Of a stretch of DNA of 64,000 nucleotides, positions 10,800-22,850 are shown one piece after another. Under the pieces are notes generated by a model that was not told the DNA's origin, ran no database searches, and worked only from the letters and a program-made list of their open reading frames with translations. How positions within the stretch are numbered: position 1 is the first letter of the stretch; each line of letters begins with the position of its first letter. A program made the position numbers and the translations under genes. Source of the DNA: Lama glama (lineage: Eukaryota); the NCBI GenBank assembly GCA_028534125.1, contig CM052829.1:44702001-44766000 (forward strand), in the 5' to 3' direction.

Positions 10800-12453
10800 T
10801 CCCTCCCTTCCTCATGCTTATTCTCTCCTTCTTGGAAACACTGTATTTAGTCTTTCTTTCCCGAGAGCTTCTTACCTGCAGCCTCTCAACCTTCCTAAAT
10901 CTTGTCCAGTCTACAGGGAGAGGTGCCCTCCAAGCACTGCCCCCAGATTTCACCTCATCCTCTCATGTCTTTGTCCTCAAGCTTCCTGAAATAAGCATGG
11001 TTCACGCCTCATCTCTGTTCACACATTCCTCTGAAAATGGGTCTTTGCTTCTGACACCTTTTCTCAGTAGTTGTTGATGATCTTCTGACACTGAATGCAA
11101 GGGACTCTTCTAAGTTCCTCCCTTTCCTGGTCTTCCTAGGTATCTGACCCAACTGGCCGCTGCCTCCCTTCTCCTTTGCCTCCTCTGTCTCTCTTGGTTC
11201 ACCTTCTACTTCTCCAAGCATTCTTTCTCAGAATTCTTGCTGGATCAATGTTCTCTGTGCATCTCTCAGATATTAGAGTTCCTGAGTGTTTTCCTGTTTC
11301 ATTTCTATTCTTTTCTCACTCTTACCTGCTCTACCTAGATATCTGTCTCCATCTCCATCACCCTCTCTACCATCTCTATCTCCATCTTTATCTCATCTTA
11401 TGTCTATATTCAGTTCCCCAAACTCCTGAAGAAATAGCTGATCTCTTATTGAACAACCTACATTTTCCCCACAAATTTTTATAAACAACTGAAATTCATT
11501 ACTTCTTAAATTGAACTTCTTATGGTTTCCCCTACTCAGTCCTGGACATCTTCCCACATTGCTCATGCCAACTGGTGACAGCACCATCCACCTCATCCCC
11601 CAAAGGAGAAACCAGGGATCATGTAGGACACCTTCCTTTCCTCACCCCCTACACAATCATTCCTCAGGTCTCACTGACTTTGCCTTCTAGCCATCTCTTG
11701 GATCCATCCTCTCTTTGTCATCTTCTTCATTATGACTTAAGTTCAGGCCACCTTTCGCTCCTGCCTGGAGAGTGGCCATAGATTCTTGTTTGATTCCACT
11801 GCCTCTAGGCTCATTTCTGTCTCATCTCAGCAAGGTGGTCTTGCTAAAACACAAGTTAAATTCTTCCCAAAAACCCTTAACTCCCCCATAGACTACAGAA
11901 TGAAACCTAAGCTTTTCTGCAGGGTGTACAAACTCTTCAAGAGCTGCATCCTATTTTTCTACCTCCCCAGCCTCATCTGTGCTACTCCTCCATCCATTGG
12001 CTCTTTCTTTCATTTCCCCCTGCCCCCATTTCTTGGTCTGTTATGCTCTTCTCCTCTCCAAACTCTGTCTATACTCTTGTACAATCTCTACCATCCATTC
12101 ACCAAATTGTCCCTTAATGGAGGTCTAGTCCAAGTATACTGGGACACTAGAGAAAGGAACACCACGTTTGCCTAGGGAACTCTGCACAGAAGAGTGTAGT
12201 GCTTGTGCTAAGCCTTGAAAGATGAGGAAAAGCTTGTTCCATGAAGCCTCCCTTGATCCCCTCAGGATTGATAAGTCCCACCTCTTTCCAGTATTATGCT
12301 GCTGCCCTGTACATTGACTTAACTTTTCTCTCCTGGTGGACTGTGAGCTCCTTTAGTGTAGGGACCACATCATAGTCTTGGGAGTAGCCCCAGTGCCAAG
12401 AACAGTGCTGGCACTTTGTAGACCTCAATAAACTTGTTAAGTTAGACTGAATC
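10800..12453 (+). mobile_element. L2 LINE (long degraded 3' portion)
   Basis: pyrimidine-rich L2 body; tail gactgtgagctcc...cccagtgccaagaacagtgctggcac...ctcaataaacttgttaagttagactgaat. Confidence 0.8.
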
Positions 12454-13170
12454 AGAGTAGCCCAAGGCCACTGAGCTCATTAGTGGCAAGTGGTTGGCTT
12501 GAGAAATGGCACCCCCTCCTCAGGAAGACCGGGCCTAGGATCTTGACCTCATTAGCACCTTGTTCCAAACCGACCTGCCAACTGGCTGACTTTCCAAACA
12601 TTAACACAACACATGAGCACATGTGAGCTAAGTATACGCACACCAAGCATCAACATGGCATATGGATGTGTAGTATATGGAAACTGAACTCCTTTCACTC
12701 ACCAAGTTTACAGCCCTTTTAAACTGCCTGGGTTAGTTTTGAATCAAACCCAGATTTTCTAGTGTTTCAGTTCGTTTTCTTTTGGCAAACCCATCTTCCT
12801 GTTGTTAAGAAGAAAGCCTTTACAAAGATTATTTAAAAGTTTCACTGGTTTCTTGAACATCGGCTAGCTCTTAAAATATAGGATTTTAATGGTATGAGTG
12901 TAAATGAATTAGAAACACATGGATTAATAGCCCCCCTAGAATCTTTAGGCTGTTGAAAAATTTAGAGGAGATATTTGAGAGAAAATATGGTTGAGGTTCC
13001 ATCAGATTCCAAATGTAGACTAAAGATATTCTATGAGCTCAAAAGTCTGACTGTGCCAGCCTATAGGAATGTCATTTCATTAATAGATATGTAAGTGAAC
13101 TATTTAATAACTAGAGTTATCACGAGTGGAGTGAAACTCCTTAGGCCGTAAGGTCCTACTTAAGCAAAAT

Positions 13171-13190
13171 GGCTGCCACCAGGTGGTGAG
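13171..13190. promoter_or_regulatory. Candidate CTCF site
   Basis: GCTGCCACCAGGTGGTGAG; minus strand CCACCTGGTGGCAGC; close to the CTCF core in both orientations. Confidence 0.5.
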
Positions 13191-14051
13191 GAAGCCTCCA
13201 GCTCAGAGTTTCTAAGTTTGATCCAACTGGTAACAAAGAGAAGCTTTCTTTTCAGTTCAGTGCAACAGCCCCATGGAGGCTGGTGTCCTTGCTGCTGTTT
13301 CCTTAGGAGCACTAGATACGGGGAGACTTGGAACACTAGAATGAGAGGAAAATCATGCAGGGGTCTGACCTGTCTCTTGAATGAAAACTCTTTCATGATG
13401 AAACCACTGCCTCATTTGGCACAAGTTGAGCACAGGCTGGGAATAGCAGGGTAATTGCAGGTCATGATGATCTAGGAGGATTAGTTAGTTTGTATAAACA
13501 TGTTCCGAGTCCAGCTATGTTTCAGTTAAGCTGCACACAGTGAAATACCAAAGCAGGCTAGCCCTGATTCAGTGTCACAAACTGTTTATTTGTACAAGAG
13601 ATCCCTAGAAATCTACTAATCCTGGAGACAGCCATCTTAGGGAATTAATGGAGCCCTGTCGGTAGTGGTTATTTTAAAACCAGATGAAACCAGGCCCTTG
13701 AGAAAGCAGCGTAGAAAGTAATCCCACGTGGAATCCTGTTGTGAAGCAGGGGCAGCGGATCTTTGGAAAGAGCTTTCCTATCACGAATGTGTATTGATTT
13801 CGTTTGTTCTAGAGGAATGGGAACTGGTAAGCGTACAGGGTTGTGGCTTACACATTTAGGTAAGAATGATGTTATGTTAGGTGCTCCGTCTTTATGTAAT
13901 GTGCTTTCTCTTCTTGCCTGTTGAGAAAGAGCCACAGCTTTCCTGAGGTTCAAGTGGGCATTCAGGAAGCTTTTTTTTTTATTTATATTTTTTTTTTATT
14001 TTGAGGCCTCTAAGTGAAACCACAAATGAAAGCTACACAGGGCATTGTTAT

Positions 14052-14351
14052 CTAAACATTTACTGAGTACTTCCTGTGGGCCAGGGACTGAGTTAGGGAC
14101 TGGATACAGAGATGATAATCATAGATAACACAAAAAACAATGGAACGTCTTCAATAAGGTTACAGTCTGGGTCTGGAGGAGGGAAGAGACAGATATGTGA
14201 ACACACCATAAACATACAATGAGTTAAGGCTGTAACAAAGTCAAGGACAAATTGCTGGGTAGGTACAAGCTCCACAGGGAAGCGAGCAACTTGCTTGGTC
14301 TGGGGAGATCAAGAAAGCATTCCCAGGAGAGGTGATTTTGAGGGAGGTCTT
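14052..14351 (-). mobile_element. L2 (left part, interrupted by L1)
   Basis: aaacatttactgagtacttcctgtgggccagg...gatcaagaaagcattcccaggagaggtgattttgag; continues after 14987. Confidence 0.8.
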
Positions 14352-14357
14352 AAAGGA

Positions 14358-14981
14358 CCCAGGAATCCCACTCCTGGGCTTATATCCAGAAGGAACCCTA
14401 CTTCAGGATGACACCTGCACCCCAATGTTCATAGCAGCACTATTTAAAATAGCCAAAACATGGAGACACCCTAAATGTCCATCAACAGGTGACTGGGTAA
14501 AGAAGATGTGGTATATTTATACAATGGAATACTACTCAGCCATAAAAACTGACAACATAATGCCATTTGCAGCAACATGGATGCTCCTGGAGAATGTCAT
14601 TCTAAGTGAAGTAAGCCAAAAGGAGAAAGGAAAATACCACATGAGATCACTCATATGTGGAATCTAAAAAACAAAAACAACAAACAAACAAAGCATAAAT
14701 ACAGGACAGAAATAGACTCATAGACATAGAATACAGACTTGTGGTTGCCGGGGGGCAGAGGGTGGGAAGGGATAGACTGGGACTTCAAAATTGTAGAATA
14801 GATAAACAAGATTATACTGTATAGCACAGGGAAAGATACACAAAATCTTATGGTAGCTCACAGAGGAAAAAATGTGATATTAAGTGTATATATGTCCATG
14901 TATGAAAAATTGTGCTGAACACTAGAATTTGACACAACATTGTAAAATGATTATAAATCAATAAAAAATGTTTAAAAAAAA
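14358..14981 (+). mobile_element. 5'-truncated young L1 (ORF2 C-terminus + 3' UTR + polyA)
   Basis: ORF translates DPGIPLLGLYP..CTPMFIAALFKIAKTW..KKMWYIYTMEYYSAIK (L1 ORF2 C-term); AATAAA and A-tail; TSD AAAGGA at 14352-14357 and 14982-14987. Confidence 0.95.
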
Positions 14982-16653
14982 AAAGGATGGGTTGGCTCTT
15001 GGTAGTTGATGGAAGTCAACAGCATCAATGGAAGAACCAATAGGTAGGGAAATTAACAGGAAAAGGAACTTGTCCAAATGGGCTCGATAGGATTGATTTA
15101 TCAGTATCCTTCCTGTCTCCTATTGAGAGAGTGGTTTGGTTTCTGTCTTTCTTATTTCTCTAATACCCTGCTTCTCATTTGTCGCTTTGACTTTTCTCTT
15201 GGATCTNNNNNNNNNNNNNNNNNNNNNNNNNNNNNNNNNNNNNNNNNNNNNNNNNNNNNNNNNNNNNNNNNNNNNNNNNNNNNNNNNNNNNNNNNNNNNN
15301 NNNNNNNNNNNNNNNNNNNNNNNNNNNNNNNNNNNNNNNNNNNNNNNNNNNNNNNNNNNCTGAGCCCCCTCCTTTGGCAATCTTGATTCGGTTGGTTTCA
15401 GCATTTATTGCCATCCTATATTTTCAGCTCTGTATCAGCCCTGTGGGAGACAGACAAGGAGAAAACTCTGTCCCAGCCCTCCCAGAGTGTGTTCTCCAAG
15501 GCTTGTAGTGGCGTGGCCTTTGTGTCATCATGGCACTGCTCTGGGAACAGGTTGATGGTTCTCCTCTAGTCCTTAAAAGACATCCGAATTGATGGTTGAT
15601 AGCTCGGCCTTGTCTCCATTAGGAGGTTAGTGAAAATGTCACAAAATATGTTAAGCATGAAAGTTGAAGTTTCCGATGTGAACTGTAATTGAAGCTGAAG
15701 ATGGTGAAATGCAAATCCTATGACAAACACAATCCCCAGGAGCTGGGCCACACGCTGATTCATTTATCTTTCGTATGTTGTAGGACAATCATAATTTTTC
15801 CAGAATCTAAAATTGTCTGTTATAGCGATATATGCCTAAGTGAGATATAAATGTTGATTTTCCTGGCACTAACAACTCCTGAGATATAAGGATAAGGATC
15901 CCTAAGACAGAATTTTTAAAACCTGCCATGTTGCATGAAATTTCTCTGTACTCTTTACTGCTTAATTGCTTTTATTTTATTCGTTGATCAAGGAAGAGAA
16001 GTGTTAACCTAGTTATGAGTTTGGATCAATAGAGTCTCATTTTCTCATCTGAGAAAAAAAGTGACATTGAATGGGAACAACCCCCAAATAAATTCATGCA
16101 GGCATTCTCTTCTCTCCTTTATCTTGAGGTATAAAAAACTCGATTTAGGAAGGTACTTATATTTTGTATAACTAGAAAATCTTCTAACTTAGGAAAGAAA
16201 AGATTAGGCCAGGAGAATTAAGGTCAAGAGAGATGACATTGGGTCTGTAAGTACCAGGATGGAAGCGACACTAAGGACCTCTTGTCACCACCAGGGACAC
16301 CAAATTCAGAGCCCTCTCACCTTAAACATGCAATAAACCAAGGCTTTCAATGTATCACTCGCTACTCAAAATGTTCAAACTGACTTCCAGAATTCTCAGA
16401 ATTCTTGGGAGAAAGGATAACACCCAATGAACTTCCAGCTAAACACTCTATCTAATGAATCCTAACTTTTTTCTTCCCACCATTCCCAGGAACCAAATTG
16501 AGTCAACAAGAAAAAAAACTATTTAAGAAGTCACATGACTAAACGTTGATACTGACTGTAAAAACCAGAGGCCTAATCTCTTAGATCTGTTCATTTGGGG
16601 TCTGTGTATATGTCTGTATGTGTGTTTTGGTTTTTGTATTCTGTTTATTTTAG

Positions 16654-16724
16654 CATTTCCCAGTGACTAACACTCTTCGGTAACATCAGTTTATGCTGAA
16701 CCCAGAACCTTTCGCTCAGGCCAG
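16654..16724 (+). other. Putative non-coding internal exon (71 nt)
   Basis: U-rich acceptor ttttggtttttgtattctgtttattttAG and donor CAG|GTATGC; stops in all three frames. Confidence 0.2.
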
Positions 16725-16794
16725 GTATGCTTATGATTTTTCAGGTATTTCTGTGAGGTTAGCTGGCCCAATCACTTACTTAAAGCTCTGTGTA

Positions 16795-17010
16795 GTCTAC
16801 AAAATATTTTCAAATTTGTTTTCTATTTGATCCTTAAAATTGACCTACAAAGTAGACTGAATAGGTTTGATTATTCACATTTCACAGCTGGGGGAAGTAG
16901 CCCAGAGAAGCTAATTTAGACCCAATTATACTAATTTAAACCTTAATAAGAAGCAGAGCTAAGGCTTACCTCTAAGTTTCCCTTCTCCAGGTTCAGAATT
17001 GTTTGTACTA
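16795..17010 (-). mobile_element. MIR SINE
   Basis: tttgatccttaaaattgaccta...attattcacatttcacagctgggggaagtagcccagagaag. Confidence 0.6.
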
Positions 17011-17181
17011 CACAGGAGGTGGTGTGTGGGAGAAGTCATGGGCTGGGTGAATTCCCATCCTGCCAATGGCCACTGCCTGACTTGGTTATTTTACCAGAGA
17101 TAAGACCTTTTGGAGATACGAGCACCCCAGGCAGGATGATGACCAAGTGCTCCTTCAAACTGATAGTCTTTAAATGTTTTT

Positions 17182-17438
17182 TTNNNNNNNNNNNNNNNNN
17201 NNNNNNNNNNNNNNNNNNNNNNNNNNNNNNNNNNNNNNNNNNNNNNNNNNNNNNNNNNNNNNNNNNNNNNNNNNNNNNNNNNNTGAGCTACCATAAGATC
17301 TTGTATATATTTCCCTGTGCTATACAGACTCATAGACATAGAATACAAACTTGTGGTTGCCAAGGGGGTGGGGGGTGGGGGGTGGGAAGGGACAGATTGG
17401 GATTTCAAAATGTAGAAGAGATAAACAAAATTATACTG
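17182..17438 (-). mobile_element. Young L1 3' end with 5' inversion (twin priming)
   Basis: 17284-17327 is antisense and 17326-17438 is sense relative to the L1 at 14358; TSD TAAATGTTTTT at 17171-17181 and 17439-17449. Confidence 0.9.
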
Positions 17439-18229
17439 TAAATGTTTTTCTTTATTTAATGAAGGCATAGAAAACTGATTAATAACAGATTCAACATTTC
17501 TTTGTTTTAAGCAATATATTCATTCCCTTGTCCTTTGGGTCCAGCTCCTCCAAGTCAAAAGCATTAATGACCCACATAGACTCCATGAAAGACACAGTGG
17601 AGGAGGGTAAGGAGAAGGGTCACTCTGAAGACGGCACAGCAGGTTCCTTGAGAAAGCCCAGTTGGGTACATTTCTGTCCCAAGTCTCTTTTCTCTCTCTC
17701 CCTTTCTCTTTCAGGGCTCAATCTTCCCAGCTCTGACACTCTATTCTTAGCTCTTATACCTTCTGAAATCTCTCTCCCTTTCTTAGCAGAGTAACTTCCT
17801 TGTCTCAGCTTCTCTCTCTCATCTTGCACCTCCTTCCACAGGATAATATAAATCTTCAATTATGTCAAACATTATTTCACTGCCAGTAAAGATTTCCTTG
17901 AACTTAACAAACTAAAGAACCAGGGCTCAGTGCTAGACTCTGTCTGGTGAGGAGGGAGGTAATTATTAAAAAATGTATATACATAAATGTTTCCTGTTAT
18001 GTTGTTAAAATATATATGTAAATGTTTCCTTTTATTTCATTAAATTCAAATGAGGGATTAGTACATGTGCTAAGGCAGAAGATGGACAAACTTACATTTC
18101 ACCAGTAATGTAAGAAACATGGGATAAAATTATTCTGAATTAACAGGCACCATATTCCTGATTAATTTAAAGAGGTTTACATTTCTTTTATTATTTCCTC
18201 TTTCAACTCACTTAGCTTGACTAATTCTA

Positions 18230-18478
18230 AAATAGCCTCAAAATATATAAAGCAAAATTTCTACAGGGAGAAATTTACAAATGTAATATATTTACTAGGA
18301 GATTTCAGTGCATCTTTCTTAATTATTTGACGCTCAAGCGTCAAAAACTCAGTAAAGATATAGAACATTTAAACAACATAATTAATGTACATGATCTAAT
18401 AGGCACATATACAGATCCTATACCCAACAATTAGAGAATACACATTCTTCTTAAGCACATGTGAAACATTTTTCAAAA
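18230..18478 (+). mobile_element. Old L1M ORF2 endonuclease-region fragment
   Basis: cctcaaaatatataaagcaaaa...ggagatttcagt...cagtaaagatatagaac...gaatacacattcttcttaagcacatg. Confidence 0.75.
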
Positions 18479-18756
18479 CAACAAATATTAAAACGAGACA
18501 ATTAAGAAGGAAGAGTTGACGATGCTATAGAGAAGCATTAGCTTGATTCCACCTTTAAATCTTGTCTTGATTTGGAGCATTACGAGCACTAAGTGAGCAC
18601 AGTACTTATAATCGCTGTGTCTGAAGCCTTGATCATCCCTAGGAAGCTCATCTGTTTTTCCCATTTGCCGACCCTGCCCTGAAGTGAGAGGGACCTGCTT
18701 GTGTCTTTGACAACAAACTTGAATTATATGAGCAGTCTGATTCAAATGTCCATCAG

Positions 18757-19535
18757 CTTTATTTTTCAGCTTTACTGAGGTATAATTGACAAAATGTAAT
18801 CAGAATAATTTGCTATATANNNNNNNNNNNNNNNNNNNNNNNNNNNNNNNNNNNNNNNNNNNNNNNNNNNNNNNNNNNNNNNNNNNNNNNNNNNNNNNNN
18901 NNNNNNNNNNNNNNNNNNNNNNNNNNNNNNNNNNNNNNNNNNNNNNNNNNNNNNNNNNNNNNNNNNNNNNNNGAATTTACTCTTACAAATTTCAATTTTA
19001 GTGTTATCTACTATATTCAACATGTTTATTGTTAGATCCTCAGGCCTTATTCATCTTATGGTTGAAAGTTGGTGCACGGTTACCAACCTTTCCCTATTTC
19101 CTTCACTCCCCAGCGCCTGGCAACCAGGTTTCTACTGTTTCTATGAGTTTTGTTTTCTTTTTTCCCAGATACAAATATTTATCTTTCTCTGTCTGGCTTA
19201 TTTCACTTAGCACTGAGGTCTATCCATGTTGTCACAAATAGCAGGATTTTCTTCTTNNNNNNNNNNNNNNNNNNNNNNNNNNNNNNNNNNNNNNNNNNNN
19301 NNNNNNNNNNNNNNNNNNNNNNNNNNNNNNNNNNNNNNNNNNNNNNNNNNNNNNNNNNNNNNNNNNNNNNNNNNNNNNNNNNNNNNNNNNNNNNNNNNNN
19401 NNNNNNNNNNNNNNNNNNNNNCAGAGATCTCTTTGACATCCTGTTTTCATTTCCTTCCAGACGTGGGATTGCTGGGTCATGTGGTAGTTTTATTTTTACT
19501 GTTTTCCATAGTTGCTGTACCTATTTACCTTCCTA
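18757..19535 (-). mobile_element. L1MA-type 3' end (two gaps inside)
   Basis: cagctttactgaggtataattgacaaaa...tttctctgtctggcttatttcacttagca...gggattgctgggtcatgtggtag. Confidence 0.85.
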
Positions 19536-19599
19536 TAAGTTCCTTTTAAATGATTTGTTTGGCAGCTACTTAATTGGATTGCCCTTTCATTGAGCTCTT

Positions 19600-19730
19600 C
19601 TTCTAAACATTCATTTCCTCATCTGAAAAACAGGGATAATATTTACATGCACTGGTTTGGTGAGAATTAAATGAGGTACTGTAACACAACATACTTAATC
19701 CCAGTGTCTGTTCATGGGAGATAATTGGCA
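19600..19730 (+). mobile_element. MIR SINE
   Basis: catttcctcatctgaaaaacagggataata...gtgagaattaaatgag. Confidence 0.7.
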
Positions 19731-19849
19731 AACCTGAGCCACCCACTACAGCTCACCCCCACCAACACACGCTCATAATACTTTTTCTGTCACTTCAGAC
19801 CCAACTACCATCAAATATTATAAATTTTCCAGGACACAGGAAATTCTTC

Positions 19850-20628
19850 TTTTTTCTCTTTTTTAAGACTTAGTTTTTTAGAATACTTTACACATCACAA
19901 TTACTCAAAGTCCATAGTTTACATTACAGTTCATTCTTAGTGTTGTACATTCTGTGGGTTTGGACGTGTGTAATGAAATGTGTGAGATAATGATGTCTGT
20001 CATTACGATCACACAGAGTATTTTTCACTGCCCTAAAAATCCTCCGTGTGCTGCCTGTTCATCCCTCCTGCCCTTCCCCTGGACCATGAAAACTGGCTGA
20101 TCCTTACACTGTCTCCATAGTTTTGCCTTCTCCAGAATGTCATGTCATTAGATCATACAATATGTATGATTTCAGATTGGTTTCTTCCACTTAGTAATAC
20201 GCATTTAAGCTTCCTCCATATGTTTTCATGGCTTGATAGCTCATTTCTTTTTTACACTGAATAATGTTTCATTGTCTGGCTGTCCTACAGTTTACTTATT
20301 CATTCCCCTGCTGGAGAATATCTTGGNNNNNNNNNNNNNNNNNNNNNNNNNNNNNNNNNNNNNNNNNNNNNNNNNNNNNNNNNNNNNNNNNNNNNNNNNN
20401 NNNNNNNNNNNNNNNNNNNNNNNNNNNNNNNNNNNNNNNNNNNNNNNNNNNNNNNNNNNNNNNNNNGTTTTGTAATAAACTGCCCAGTTGTCTTCCAGAG
20501 TGGCTTTGCATTTCCACCCGTAGTGAATGAGAGTTTTCTTGCTCCACACGCTCGCCAATATTTGGTGTTGTCAGTTTTCTAGATTTTGTCCATTCTGGTA
20601 GGTGTATAGTGATATCTCATTGTTTTAA
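19850..20628 (-). mobile_element. L1MC1-like 3' end
   Basis: caaagtccatagtttacatta...gttgtacattctgtgggtttggac...ttcactgccctaaaaatcctc...ctgtctccatagttttgcctt. Confidence 0.85.
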
Positions 20629-21551
20629 GACCTTATCTTTTTATCCTTTATGCTTAGCATAATGTGGCAAATGTGGGGTACAGAGAAGTCACTCAATAGA
20701 TGTTTCTTAGTTGACTTCCCAGATTAACTAGTCTCTCTCCCTCTTTTCCTATATGTATATACATGCATACATATATAGGCATATACATACACACATTTTA
20801 GCCTGAAATTTTTTTAACATTGCTAGCAGCATACTTATGTGACAATAAAAGGATTATCTTTAGAAAAGAGATAAGAGATAAGAAGTCTTGGTTACTCAAC
20901 AAGGTAAACCATTGATTCTTACACCTGAGAAAAAGTTAAAACACTTATGTTCACTGAAATGATCGTTATCTGTGGCAAGCAGGACCTTAACTGTCAAGGT
21001 TCGATCTGAAAGACAAATGTTCCTCCACCTTACAGTAATGACTTTATCTGCCTATGAAGGATAAAGGAGTCATCTGAGGTGACAGAGACCTTAAATGCTG
21101 GTTCTGAGAAATTTTGTTACTAGTTTTAATTAATTCTTCCTCTCCGGATGGAGTGTAACCCTCAGAATTGAGCTCATTTCTGACTCATGTTTTGTTGGAC
21201 TTCATTCGTGACCCATCTATGGAGTGTTTTGTAGATTAGTGTTGTGTTTTGGAAATAAAAGAATGCTGGGAAATTCAAGTAAGGCTTTAAGAACTGACCA
21301 CAAATTTGGTAAATAACATCTTCCTAGCCAGAATGTTTAAATGTGGCCCTTTGAATATAAGCATTTTTAGAAAGTATATTAGCTAGTTTGGTAATTCAAT
21401 TATAATTAATATCTTCTATTATTTTCTCTTACTCCAGTGATGCAGAGTTATTTTCCTTGGGTCTCAATTATTTCACACTTTTTTGCTGTGAGCTAATCCC
21501 CAGTCATGCATTAAGCATCTCCTACGTGCCCTGCACTGCATTAAATAAGAC

Positions 21552-22130
21552 ACTAGAGGTCCAGGCTAGAGTACAAATAGAGGCTCACATGCATATACCT
21601 AAATATTTCAAGGTTGCAAATGACAAAATATGATCCCTCCTCTCACCATGTTAAATACACCTTCATGACTACCTGGAAGGCCAAGTTTAACTTTAGAACT
21701 CCCCAATTACTTGAGGTCCCAGGCCCCAGCTCTCAGCCTGCCTGCTCCTGCTCTGACCTGGGTCACTGGACATCTTGCAGGCATACCTGTGGATGGTCTA
21801 GCCTGTTTCTACACACTCTGCCCATATCCCTCTACAAATAGCCAGTCTTGGCCACTCCTTGGATCTAGGAATGAGCACACACCCTCTTGGTCCCTTCTCT
21901 GAAGGACAGATCTAAGGAAAAGGTCTATGCAGCCCCCTAAAGGAGGGTCAGACCATTTGGACAGGAAGTCCCTGGGGTCTGGATAAGCAAAGCATGGTCT
22001 AGAAGCAGGGAGCATTGGATCTGCGTTGACATAGAATCCAAGAAACCACATTTTGTTGTGACTTCTCACCTCAAATGGAGAGATGCCAGTGGAGGAGGGC
22101 CAGAGTGGGGTCTCTGAAGCATGGAACCTC
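21552..22130. mobile_element. Ancient DNA transposon remnant (hAT/Tip100-like MER/MamRep; family uncertain)
   Basis: gagtacaaatagaggctcacat...aaatacaccttcatgactacctggaaggccaagtttaactttagaactc resembles a recalled consensus. Confidence 0.5.
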
Positions 22131-22299
22131 TTTTTTCTAGGTGTAAGAGCAGTGCTTAGGCTTGATAAGAAACTAAAATCCTGAACAGATTGAAGATGAT
22201 TACCCTGTAGTCCACTAAGAAGACAGATGTATTGGTAGTGAACTCTATACAGTGTGGTCTAGGCAACAATTTAGACATGTCTGTTGTAATGGATGACAT

Positions 22300-22850
22300 A
22301 GGAAAGGATGGTGTCACTGGTAGTGTCAGGAGAAGTGTCCTTTAAGCTGAGTCTTGAGAGATAAAGCATTTGCCAGGCAAGTGTATGCTGGATATAGACA
22401 GCAAAGAAGAGAATGATAGGATATGGAGATGGACAAAAAAGGCTGTGGTCAGTTTATAAAGGGCCTTGAGATTGAACTTTATGCTGACAAAGAGGAGTGT
22501 GAGCTAGAGATATAGGGAAGAGGAAAGCTGAAGAGATGAGCATGAAGAGATGCTGTTAAGAAGTATGGATCTGAAGGCAATGGGAAACCTCTGAAGTATT
22601 TTAAGTCAATAATTGACTTGAACATATCTGTGTTTTTAAGCAACAATGATGGAAGTGTGGAAGGGGGCTAAGGTGAAAAAGTAGAGGGAAATCAATTAAG
22701 AATCTGGCCCATGATAGTCTAAATGGGAAATGATAGATAAGTGACCTGGACTAGGCAAAGGTCACATTCAAGAGATATATACGGTAGGAGGCCATTGTGA
22801 TGATGGGGATAAGGAGCAAGAAGAGGGAGCTGAGGATAATGCCTAAATGA
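22300..22850 (-). mobile_element. L2 fragment
   Basis: tttaagctgagtcttgagag...gaaggcaatgggaaacctctgaagtattttaag. Confidence 0.65.

Noticed and set aside
10763-12175. Hydrophobic Leu/Ser/Phe-rich ORFs resembling membrane proteins
   Set aside because: Translation of pyrimidine-rich L2 sequence
14332-14667. 111-aa ORF with real protein homology
   Set aside because: C-terminus of L1 ORF2 in a 5'-truncated retrotransposon; the start is a GTG in flanking L2, so it is not a host gene
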